Shown one piece after another: positions 1-8,022 of a DNA stretch of 64,000 nucleotides; position 1 is the stretch's first letter; each line of letters starts with the position of its first letter. The DNA is from Candidatus Hydrothermales bacterium. Its GTDB lineage: Bacteria; Hydrothermota; Hydrothermia; Hydrothermales; JAJRUZ01. Made by a program: the position numbers and the translations under genes. The DNA is taken from contig JBCNUW010000001.1 of assembly GCA_039630575.1 (NCBI GenBank), positions 96,659 through 160,658 of the forward strand, written 5' to 3'. A model generated the notes under the pieces. It searched no databases and was not told the origin of the DNA. It saw only the letters and a program-made list of their open reading frames with translations.

Positions 1-192
1 ACTGGAGAGGGTATCGAAGAAAAACATTTACCTAGGATATTTGAAAGATTTTATGTTGGCTCAAGGGAAAAAGCTGGTTTTGGACTCGGTTTATCAATAG
101 TTAAACATATAATTAATTTACACAATGGTAAAATTAGTGTAGAAAGTCAAAAAGGTAAGGGAACAAAATTTATAATTGAATTACCTATTTAA
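1..192 (+). CDS. phoR: C-terminal end of sensor histidine kinase (PhoR-like), partial
   Basis: Frame 1 reads [18 protein letters not shown]...[38 protein letters not shown], an HATPase_c end with G1/F/G2 boxes. It lies directly upstream of the pst genes. Confidence 0.75.
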   Translation, partial: TGEGIEEKHLPRIFERFYVGSREKAGFGLGLSIVKHIINLHNGKISVESQKGKGTKFIIELPI

Positions 193-227
193 CAAAAATT
201 TAACAAAAATTTAACAAAAATTTAAAA
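189..227 (+). promoter_or_regulatory. Pho box array (TTAACA-N5 direct repeats)
   Basis: TTAACA at 189, 200 and 211 and TTAAAA at 222, with exact 11-bp period, upstream of pstC. Matches Bacillus-type PhoP boxes TT(A/T/C)ACA. Confidence 0.75.
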
Positions 228-249
228 AAGAGATTTTAAATTTAATTAA

Positions 250-1134
250 ATGGGTAAAAGGATTCAAGAAGAGATAATAAAAAGTATCTTTTTTATATTT
301 GCTCTAATTTCTGTATTTACAACTTTTGGTATTATATTTGTTTTACTTTTCGAGACTATACAATTTTTTAAAGAGGTTTCAATTATAAGATTTTTAACTG
401 AAAAGGAATGGACACCACTATTTGCAGTTAAAAAATTTGGTATATGGCCTCTTTTATCTGGTACATTTTTAACGTCTTTAATAGCTATTCTTATTTCTTT
501 TCCAATGGGTCTTTCCATAGCAATCTTTGTAAGTGAGTATATGCCATTTAAATTAAAAGCAATTATTAAACCTATTATTGAGATTCTTGCTAGTATACCC
601 ACGGTGGTATATGGTTATTTTGCTCTTTTATTTGTCACACCACTTTTGAAGAAAATAATACCTTCAATTTCTGGGTTTAATGCACTTTCTCCTGGTATTG
701 TGCTTGGAATTATGATAATACCAACAGTTGCATCCATAAGTGAAGACTCACTTTCTTTAATTCCGAGAAGTTTGAGAGAGGCATCCTATGCGCTTGGTGC
801 AACTAAACTTGAGACAGTGTTTAAAGTTGTTTTACCTGCTGCCTCTTCTGGAATTTTATCAGCAGTAATTCTTGGATTTTCCAGAGCAATAGGTGAAACA
901 ATGATAGTAACAATAGCAGCAGGACAAAGACCTATACTGACACTTAACCCTCTTATTCCAATTGAAACAATAACTGCTTATATTGTACAGGTTTCTCTTG
1001 GAGATACGCCTACAGGATCTTTGGAATATAAAACAATATTTGCAGTTGGTATGGTTTTATTTTCTATAACTTTTACTTTCAACATTATAAGTCATAATTT
1101 AAGGATGAAGTTTATAAAATCCTTTAAATTATGA
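250..1134 (+). CDS. pstC: Phosphate ABC transporter permease PstC
   Basis: [12 protein letters not shown] and [13 protein letters not shown] motifs; operon context. Confidence 0.95.
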   Translation: MGKRIQEEIIKSIFFIFALISVFTTFGIIFVLLFETIQFFKEVSIIRFLTEKEWTPLFAVKKFGIWPLLSGTFLTSLIAILISFPMGLSIAIFVSEYMPFKLKAIIKPIIEILASIPTVVYGYFALLFVTPLLKKIIPSISGFNALSPGIVLGIMIIPTVASISEDSLSLIPRSLREASYALGATKLETVFKVVLPAASSGILSAVILGFSRAIGETMIVTIAAGQRPILTLNPLIPIETITAYIVQVSLGDTPTGSLEYKTIFAVGMVLFSITFTFNIISHNLRMKFIKSFKL

Positions 1135-2000
1135 AAGATGTTAAAGAGTTAATTTTTAAGAGAAAAAAAAGGGAGAAATTATTTATTGTTCTGTCACTTT
1201 TCTTTATAACCTTTGCATTAATGTCACTTTTGCTTTTAATAGTTAGTATTTTAGTTGATGGTTACTCTGTTATAAGTATTAAGTTTTTGACGAGTTACCC
1301 TTCAAGAAAGCCTGAAGAAGCTGGGATATTATCAGCTCTAGTTGGCTCAGTTTACGTTCTTGTTATTATGATTTTATTTATTGTTCCAATTGGAATTGGA
1401 GCAGCTATATATTTAGAGGAATTTGCTCCCAAAAATACCCTTACACATTTTATAGAGATAAACATTGTGAACCTTGCAGGTGTTCCCTCCATTATATATG
1501 GACTTCTTGGACTTGAGATTTTTGTAAGGTTTTTTGGTCTTGGAAGGTCTATACTTGCTGGATCTTTAACACTTTCTCTTTTGGTATTACCTAGTGTTAT
1601 AATTGCTACTCGAGAAGCGATAAAACTTGTTCCCTACTCAATAAGAGAAGCTAGTTTGGCTTTAGGTGCTACCAAATGGCAGACAGTGCGACATCAAGTT
1701 CTACCAGTTGCTTTACCGGGAATTCTTACTGGTATAATACTTGCTGTTTCAAGAGCTATAGGAGAGACAGCTCCACTTATAACAATTGGAGCTCTTACAT
1801 ATATTGCTTTTTTACCTACAACACCACTTTCACCCTTTACTGTGCTCCCTATTCAAATATTTAACTGGATTTCAAGACCGCAAAAAATGTTTCATAAAAA
1901 TGCTGCTGGAGCAATAATCATTTTACTTTTTTTAACATTTATGTTAAACTTAACAGCAATAATTTTAAGAAATTATTATAAAAGTAAATATAGACTATAA
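1131..2000 (+). CDS. pstA: Phosphate ABC transporter permease PstA
   Basis: [14 protein letters not shown] and [10 protein letters not shown] motifs. Confidence 0.95.
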   Translation: MKDVKELIFKRKKREKLFIVLSLFFITFALMSLLLLIVSILVDGYSVISIKFLTSYPSRKPEEAGILSALVGSVYVLVIMILFIVPIGIGAAIYLEEFAPKNTLTHFIEINIVNLAGVPSIIYGLLGLEIFVRFFGLGRSILAGSLTLSLLVLPSVIIATREAIKLVPYSIREASLALGATKWQTVRHQVLPVALPGILTGIILAVSRAIGETAPLITIGALTYIAFLPTTPLSPFTVLPIQIFNWISRPQKMFHKNAAGAIIILLFLTFMLNLTAIILRNYYKSKYRL

Positions 2001-2002
2001 AA

Positions 2003-2755
2003 ATGGCAGTGATAAAAACAGAAAATTTGAATGTTTATTTTGGTGAAAATCATGTTTTAAAAAACATAAATATAGAAATACCTGAAAAGAAAATAACAGC
2101 TATAATGGGACCCTCAGGTTGTGGAAAATCAACCCTTTTGAGATGTTTTAACAGAATGAACGATCTTATTGATAACTTCGTTTTGCAGGGTAAAGTTATA
2201 TTTAATGGAAAAAATATTTATGAAAATAGTACTGAACCTTCAGAAATAAGAACAAAGATTGGTATGGTTTTTCAGAAACCAAATCCTTTTCCAAAATCAA
2301 TTTATGAGAATGTTGCCTTTGGACCAAAAATTTTAGGTATAAAGGATAAATCAAAACTTGATTATATAGTAGAGGAGTCTTTGAAAAAAGCTTACCTTTG
2401 GGAAGAGGTAAAGGATAAACTTAGAGAAAATGCTTTAAATCTCTCAGGAGGTCAACAGCAGAGATTATGTATAGCAAGAGCATTGGCAGTTGGACCGGAA
2501 GTTCTGTTACTTGATGAGCCAACATCTGCACTTGATCCTGTTGCATCAAAGAAAATAGAGGAATTACTTGAGGAATTAAAAAAGAACTTAACTATAGTGA
2601 TTGTTACTCACAACCCATCTCAAGCATCAAGAATTTCTGATTATACAGCTTTTTTATATTTAGGAGAGCTGATAGAATTTAATACAACAGACAAAATTTT
2701 TACTATTCCTAAACATCCAAAAACACAGGAATATTTAAGTGGAAAATTTGGATAA
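2003..2755 (+). CDS. pstB: Phosphate ABC transporter ATPase PstB
   Basis: [43 protein letters not shown]. Confidence 0.97.
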   Translation: MAVIKTENLNVYFGENHVLKNINIEIPEKKITAIMGPSGCGKSTLLRCFNRMNDLIDNFVLQGKVIFNGKNIYENSTEPSEIRTKIGMVFQKPNPFPKSIYENVAFGPKILGIKDKSKLDYIVEESLKKAYLWEEVKDKLRENALNLSGGQQQRLCIARALAVGPEVLLLDEPTSALDPVASKKIEELLEELKKNLTIVIVTHNPSQASRISDYTAFLYLGELIEFNTTDKIFTIPKHPKTQEYLSGKFG

Positions 2756-2772
2756 AATAGGAGAAATAGAAA

Positions 2773-3426
2773 ATGTTTGAGGAAAAACTAAATGAATTAA
2801 AAAGAGAAATAATAAATTATGCTTTCCTTGTAGAAAGGATGATTGAAAAAAGTATAAACGGACTTCTTGAAAAAAAGGAAGAGCTTTTAAGAGAAGTAAT
2901 TGAAAGAGATGAAATTGAGGCAAATGATTTTGAAATCAAAATTGATGAGCTTGCTATTACTACTATAGCAAAATACGAACCTAAAGGTAAGGATCTTAGG
3001 GAAGTTCTTATGATACTTAAAATAAACAACGACCTTGAAAGAATGGCAGACCATGCTGTGAATATTTGTGAAAGCGCTTTATTTTTAATCGAAAGACCAA
3101 AGGTAAAACCCTTTACAGAAATAAATAAAATAGCTAACGAAACAATAAAGATGTTAAAAGACAGTATAGACTCTTTTATAGAAGAAAACACTAAAAAAGC
3201 AAAAAGTGTTTGTGAAAGAGATTATATTGTTGACGATTTAAATAGCTCCATATCTAAAGAGTTAATCTCATATATGATGTGTGATCCAGGAGCAATAGAA
3301 AGATGTATGCATATAATGAGAATCTCAAATAATATTGAGAGAATAGCAGATCTATCAACTAATATTAGTGAGGATGTAATCTTTATGGTTGAAGGTAAAG
3401 TTATAAAACATCATAGGGAAGAATAA
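2773..3426 (+). CDS. phoU: Phosphate signalling protein PhoU
   Basis: Duplicated DLERMADHAVNI / NIERIADLSTNI motifs. Confidence 0.95.
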   Translation: MFEEKLNELKREIINYAFLVERMIEKSINGLLEKKEELLREVIERDEIEANDFEIKIDELAITTIAKYEPKGKDLREVLMILKINNDLERMADHAVNICESALFLIERPKVKPFTEINKIANETIKMLKDSIDSFIEENTKKAKSVCERDYIVDDLNSSISKELISYMMCDPGAIERCMHIMRISNNIERIADLSTNISEDVIFMVEGKVIKHHREE

Positions 3427-3427
3427 C

Positions 3428-3456
3428 TTGAAAATTAAATTATAAAATCTTATAAT
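3428..3456 (+). promoter_or_regulatory. sigma70-type promoter
   Basis: TTGAAA-17 bp-TATAAT upstream of the 3511 gene. Confidence 0.7.
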
Positions 3457-3469
3457 TAAAATAAAATTT

Positions 3470-3482
3470 GGGTTCAATTCCC
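3470..3482 (+). promoter_or_regulatory. T-arm-like leader hairpin, copy 1
   Basis: GGG-TTCAATT-CCC, 28 nt before ATG 3511. Confidence 0.6.
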
Positions 3483-3510
3483 CTTAAAAAAATTATAAAG
3501 GAGTAATATT

Positions 3511-3780
3511 ATGAGGAAATTTTTGTTGCTAATCCCAATTTTTGGGATATTCCTTGTTTCCTGTCAGCTTCCACCTGAAATAAAAGAATTACCGGAAAAG
3601 ATGAACGAGTTTAAAACTAAAGTAGAGGAACTTGAGGGTAAGGTTTCTGATCTTGAGTCTAAAATTGAGGAGCTAAAAACAAAGATAGAAGAGATGGAAA
3701 AGGCAAAATCACAACCTGAAGTTAAAAAGGAAAGCAGCGGAACACAAACACCTAAAGTTCCACCCATAAGAAAAAAATAA
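3511..3780 (+). CDS. Small coiled-coil lipoprotein
   Basis: Lipobox-like LVSC, heptad repeats VEELEGKVSDLESKIEELKTKIEEM, AGGAG RBS. Confidence 0.75.
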   Translation: MRKFLLLIPIFGIFLVSCQLPPEIKELPEKMNEFKTKVEELEGKVSDLESKIEELKTKIEEMEKAKSQPEVKKESSGTQTPKVPPIRKK

Positions 3781-3792
3781 AGAGGTTTTAAG

Positions 3793-4569
3793 ATGAAAAA
3801 AATTTTATTAATTTCAGGTTTGTTTTTAATACTTTTAGTTTTTATAGGTTGTCCTGAAGATGAAGAATTGCCAACACCTAATGCAAGAATTGCAAGCATT
3901 TTAGAGCAGGGTGAAGGAATAAGACTCGAATGGGATCCTGTTGAAGGTGCTGATGGTTACAGAGTTAGAGTTGACGACGAATTGAAGTATGAAGGAACAA
4001 GTACATATTTTGAGTGGAAAACACCTGCATTAAAAATAGAAGTTTATGCCTATGCTGGGGATAAGGAATCTACCCCAAGAGTTTTTGACTTCACACCTGT
4101 TTCAAGAACTTCTCAAGAATTATGGGAAAGAAGCGCAGCTGGTAACAGTGGCTATGGCTGGAATGCAGATGGAACAGGTTCAAGCTACTCTTTGGGAGAT
4201 GCTGCAAATCATTCAAGAATAGATTTTTATTTGGATGACTTTACTGCTGGGACTGTAGACGTTTCAAATATTTACTTGGTAAGTCCTCATCACGGGGGAT
4301 TTAACGATACTGAAACAGGTTTTGCTGTTGAAACAGGTGGAACAGGTAATATAGCACCAGCTCCTGGAACCTATGATACTCCCAGACCACAAAGTCCAAT
4401 AGTATCTGGAGGAACTTACTTTTTATGGATAGATCACAGTAATAACGAGTGGACTAGTGATGATAATTTTGTTAAAATAAAGATAATTTCTATAGGCAAT
4501 GATGGAAAGGTTGTATTTGACTATTGGTTCCAGAAACAAGGTGGACTTCGCTGGCTAAAGACAAATTAA
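3793..4569 (+). CDS. Lipoprotein, FnIII-like N-domain plus possible HmuY-like C-domain
   Basis: FIGC lipobox; IRLEWDPVEGADGYRV (FnIII-like); FVKIKIISI...VVFDYWFQ end resembles HmuY-like folds. Confidence 0.55.
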   Translation: MKKILLISGLFLILLVFIGCPEDEELPTPNARIASILEQGEGIRLEWDPVEGADGYRVRVDDELKYEGTSTYFEWKTPALKIEVYAYAGDKESTPRVFDFTPVSRTSQELWERSAAGNSGYGWNADGTGSSYSLGDAANHSRIDFYLDDFTAGTVDVSNIYLVSPHHGGFNDTETGFAVETGGTGNIAPAPGTYDTPRPQSPIVSGGTYFLWIDHSNNEWTSDDNFVKIKIISIGNDGKVVFDYWFQKQGGLRWLKTN

Positions 4570-4592
4570 ATTAAATTAAATTAAATTAAATT
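4563..4592. repeat. (AAATT)6 microsatellite
   Basis: Six perfect pentamer copies spanning the stop codon, before the terminator. Confidence 0.8.
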
Positions 4593-4593
4593 T

Positions 4594-4622
4594 CCCCCCC
4601 AATATTTGGGGGGGTTTTTTTT
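4594..4622 (+). terminator. Rho-independent terminator
   Basis: CCCCCCCAA-TAT-TTGGGGGGG followed by T8. Confidence 0.85.
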
Positions 4623-4666
4623 ATAATAAGTTGAATATAAAATTAAATTTTTCCTAACATAAACTC

Positions 4667-5677
4667 ATGAGAAAAACTTTATCAATTATTTCTTTTTTAT
4701 TTTTGTTTTGTGTAAAAGAGCCTCACGAAGTAGGATGGTTCTTAACATTTAAAATACCTGGAAAAATGAAAAAGACTACTGTAAAAGAGGAAGTTCAAAA
4801 AAGCGATAAGTATAGAGTGATTGCAGATTCAGTTTTTAATGTTCAAAAGAAAATTCATTCAAATTTGAACTATTCTGGTTATGCTATTATAACTAGTGAT
4901 ACATTAAGGAGATTATTACCAAAGTTTATTGATACAACGCAAAGTGAATTTGGATCCTTAATTTTTCTTATTTATGGCGGGGCAAAGTATAAAGGAAATG
5001 TAATTACATCACCTTGCACATTAAAAACAAAAATAATTTCCTATTTTTGGAACGATAATATTGATACCTTTGGGATTTTTAAAATTGACAGCATGAAAAC
5101 TTCTGTTACTGGAAACTTTAAAATAACACACAGAATACCTTTTAACGATTTTCCTGCTGGACCCCATCTTTTTATAATTATTCCACAGATTTTAACAGGT
5201 AGTGCAAATTTTGATACAATTGAAACCTTCAAAGAGGGTCTTTTTGGAGCTAAAGTTTTAGGAGATAATATCATAACATTCTTGGACACAATAAAAAATG
5301 AAAGTGAAGACTTGAGAGAATTAGCAAGGCAAAATAGAATTGAAAAGATTTTCTTACATGCCGATGTTACACATAGCTTTCCTGTGAGGTTTTTTCTATC
5401 TATTATGGTGTTTTCAAACAGCGACACCCTTATGCCTATCAATAATCTTCCTTTTAAAAGCGCACCTAAAAACCAAGAGGGTGTATCAACTGATAGTACT
5501 AAATTTTCCATTGAAATAGATCTTTCTAAAGATGTTGTAGATCTATCAAAAGATTCTTTAATATTTTATAAAGCTTTTGCAATTGTAGACAGTCAGGGTA
5601 ATGCTTATATAAAACCTGAGGATTTCATAAAATTAAAAGGATATCTCGGAGTAAAACTCTATACATTGGAGCGATAA
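4667..5677 (+). CDS. Hypothetical exported/lipoprotein, beta-rich
   Basis: 336 aa ORF with N-terminal hydrophobic stretch ending FLFC; coupled to the OmpA-domain gene. Confidence 0.6.
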   Translation: MRKTLSIISFLFLFCVKEPHEVGWFLTFKIPGKMKKTTVKEEVQKSDKYRVIADSVFNVQKKIHSNLNYSGYAIITSDTLRRLLPKFIDTTQSEFGSLIFLIYGGAKYKGNVITSPCTLKTKIISYFWNDNIDTFGIFKIDSMKTSVTGNFKITHRIPFNDFPAGPHLFIIIPQILTGSANFDTIETFKEGLFGAKVLGDNIITFLDTIKNESEDLRELARQNRIEKIFLHADVTHSFPVRFFLSIMVFSNSDTLMPINNLPFKSAPKNQEGVSTDSTKFSIEIDLSKDVVDLSKDSLIFYKAFAIVDSQGNAYIKPEDFIKLKGYLGVKLYTLER

Positions 5678-5679
5678 AC

Positions 5680-8022
5680 ATGATTAAATTAGTTTTGTTT
5701 TTATATCCCCTCTATTTTACTCCTGGGGAAAATTTTTTCCCAAGTTATCCATTTGCGAGTCAGAATATTTACTTTAATCCAGCCCTTATAGGTTCCGAAT
5801 TTAACCCAAGTTTTACCTTTTCCTTTTTATCAACCAACCTTGCTCTTACAAATAATGGATTATCTATATCACTATACAACGATATTATGTCTGCTCATGG
5901 TGATTCTATTACAAAATCTTTAAAAGAGAGCTTCTTTAAAAACATCGGGTCCTCATGGAAAACAAATCACCTTTCATATTTTTCACCCTTTTCATTTTCT
6001 TTAGGAAGATTTGCTTTTGGTTTAAGGGCTATCCAGGGTTTAATTTTGATGTTACCCGAACCATGGCTAAGGATTCTACTCTACGGAAATGAGCTCGATA
6101 AAACCTATTTTGCAAACAAAGACAATACTGCATTTCAAGTTTTAAACTTAATTGAAACAAGAATAGGTTCCGGTTATGGTATTTTTTTAGATAAAGAGGA
6201 AAAGTACAGGTTAATTTATGGTTTAAATTTTGCCTTCTATATATCAGGACCTTACGTTGAGCTAAATGAAGTTAATGTAAGATTAAATTCTTACTATGAC
6301 GGAATAACTGGGGATGACTATATTAAATTAAAGTTAGACACAACCTTTCTAAACTTTGGATATTCAATAGATTTAGGTTTTGGTTTAGAGTATAAAAAAA
6401 TCCTAAATTTTTCTCTAGGTTTAAACAATATAATATCAAATATAAACTTTTCAAAAGGTATTACCTATATCCACTATGGAAACCTTGACACTTTTTATTT
6501 AGGGGAGGGAATAGATTTTGATACTTTGTATACTGACAAATTAGATACCATACCAGGTGCCTTCAGTGTAAAACTTCCTCTTATTTTGAAATTTTCAACC
6601 TTCTATAGACATCCAGATGATAAGTATAGATTATTTTTAATATGGGAGCAGGGATTCAAATATACAGCATTTTCAACAAAAACACCGAGGATATCTCTTG
6701 GAGGGGAATATTTTGTTCATCCAAGAATACCATTAAGATTTGGTTTTGTTTTTGGAGGCTACGAGGGGTTAAGTCTATCTTTAGGCGCAGGTATAGTAAG
6801 CAGAGAAATTTCCTCAATAAATATTGGAATTTCACAACATAGGGGAATACTATTAGGTTCAAGGGGTATCTCATTCTCATTTTTAACGGAATTTCATTCC
6901 ACATTTAAAGGAAAATTTAAATTTAAAATAATGGATTCTCTTACAAATAAACCTATAGCTAATGCTATACTTAAACTAACAGATAAAAACAATAAAAAAG
7001 TTTTTGAAGGTCAAAGTGATGTAAACGGTGAAATAAGAGGAGAAATTAAAAAAGGCGAATATAAATTTGAAGTCGAAGCTGAGAATTATTACTCTAAGTC
7101 AGGATTTGTGGAAATAAAACAAGGTAGAGAAAAAGAAGAAAAAATTTTACTTAAAACAAGATTTGGTTATCTTACATTATATGTTAAAGATAGAGAGACT
7201 CTTAAGCCATTAGGTAATGTAGATGTTACTGTTCAGTACAAAGAAAAAACAACAAAAGTAAAAACTGATTCATCAGGTATATTAAAGCTTAGACTGGAAA
7301 GAGGAGAGTATAAATTTAAGTTTGAACATCCTGACTATATGGTGAGGACAGAAAGCTACAAGGTTGAATCTGGAGTTCAAAAGGAAGTTGAAGTTTTCTT
7401 AGCAACTCGTTTTGGTACTGTTAAGGGTAAAGTTTACAATGCTCAGACACTTGAACCCCTTAAAGGTCAACTGGAAATTTATCCTGAAGGTAAGGACAGT
7501 GTTATAGAAAAGTTAGAAACAACTTTAGATGGTAGCTATAATGTAAAACTCTCTGAAGGGATATACAAATTCAAAGTAAAAGTTTCAAATTATATTCCTC
7601 AAGAAGCTTATGTTCAAGTAATTGGAGGGAAAGAATCTCTAAAAGACTTTGCTATGCTTAAGGAAAAAATGGTTTTTACTTTTAGAAACATCTATTTTGA
7701 TTTTAATAAGGCTACAATAAGACCTGAATCTTACCCAGTTTTAGATTCTATTGCCCTTATGTTAAAGGATAACCCAACTATAATTGTTGAAATAGGCGGA
7801 CATACAGACGAGAGAGGAACAAGATCCTATAACAAAAATTTAAGTCAGCAAAGAGCCGAATCTGTCAGAAATTACCTTTTTGAAAAACATGGTATAGAGC
7901 TTTTAAGACTCATTCCTTTAGGATACGGAGAAGATTTACCTATTATAAAGAATGCTAAAACAGAGGAAGAGCATCAATTAAACAGAAGAGTAGAATTTAA
8001 AATTTTAGGAGAAAAGAGATGA
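5680..8022 (+). CDS. Outer-membrane barrel plus carboxypeptidase-regulatory-like repeats plus OmpA-C domain
   Basis: C-terminal IYFDFNKATIRPES, GHTD, NLSQQRAESV, NRRVEF (OmpA). Three repeats resembling D..T.KPI.NA. N-terminal NPA motif and amphipathic strands (DUF5723-like, tentative). Confidence 0.8.
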   Translation: MIKLVLFLYPLYFTPGENFFPSYPFASQNIYFNPALIGSEFNPSFTFSFLSTNLALTNNGLSISLYNDIMSAHGDSITKSLKESFFKNIGSSWKTNHLSYFSPFSFSLGRFAFGLRAIQGLILMLPEPWLRILLYGNELDKTYFANKDNTAFQVLNLIETRIGSGYGIFLDKEEKYRLIYGLNFAFYISGPYVELNEVNVRLNSYYDGITGDDYIKLKLDTTFLNFGYSIDLGFGLEYKKILNFSLGLNNIISNINFSKGITYIHYGNLDTFYLGEGIDFDTLYTDKLDTIPGAFSVKLPLILKFSTFYRHPDDKYRLFLIWEQGFKYTAFSTKTPRISLGGEYFVHPRIPLRFGFVFGGYEGLSLSLGAGIVSREISSINIGISQHRGILLGSRGISFSFLTEFHSTFKGKFKFKIMDSLTNKPIANAILKLTDKNNKKVFEGQSDVNGEIRGEIKKGEYKFEVEAENYYSKSGFVEIKQGREKEEKILLKTRFGYLTLYVKDRETLKPLGNVDVTVQYKEKTTKVKTDSSGILKLRLERGEYKFKFEHPDYMVRTESYKVESGVQKEVEVFLATRFGTVKGKVYNAQTLEPLKGQLEIYPEGKDSVIEKLETTLDGSYNVKLSEGIYKFKVKVSNYIPQEAYVQVIGGKESLKDFAMLKEKMVFTFRNIYFDFNKATIRPESYPVLDSIALMLKDNPTIIVEIGGHTDERGTRSYNKNLSQQRAESVRNYLFEKHGIELLRLIPLGYGEDLPIIKNAKTEEEHQLNRRVEFKILGEKR

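Noticed and set aside
189..227. CRISPR or iteron repeats
   Set aside because: These are contiguous 11-bp units without spacers and are better explained as Pho boxes.
3470..3482. T-arm motifs as tRNA genes or integration (att) scars
   Set aside because: No acceptor stem, D-arm, anticodon arm or CCA is present. The flanks are AT-rich and unrelated, and there is no integrase in the window.
4563..4592. Phase-variable repeat
   Set aside because: It lies at and after the stop codon and before a terminator, so a length change would have little evident effect.
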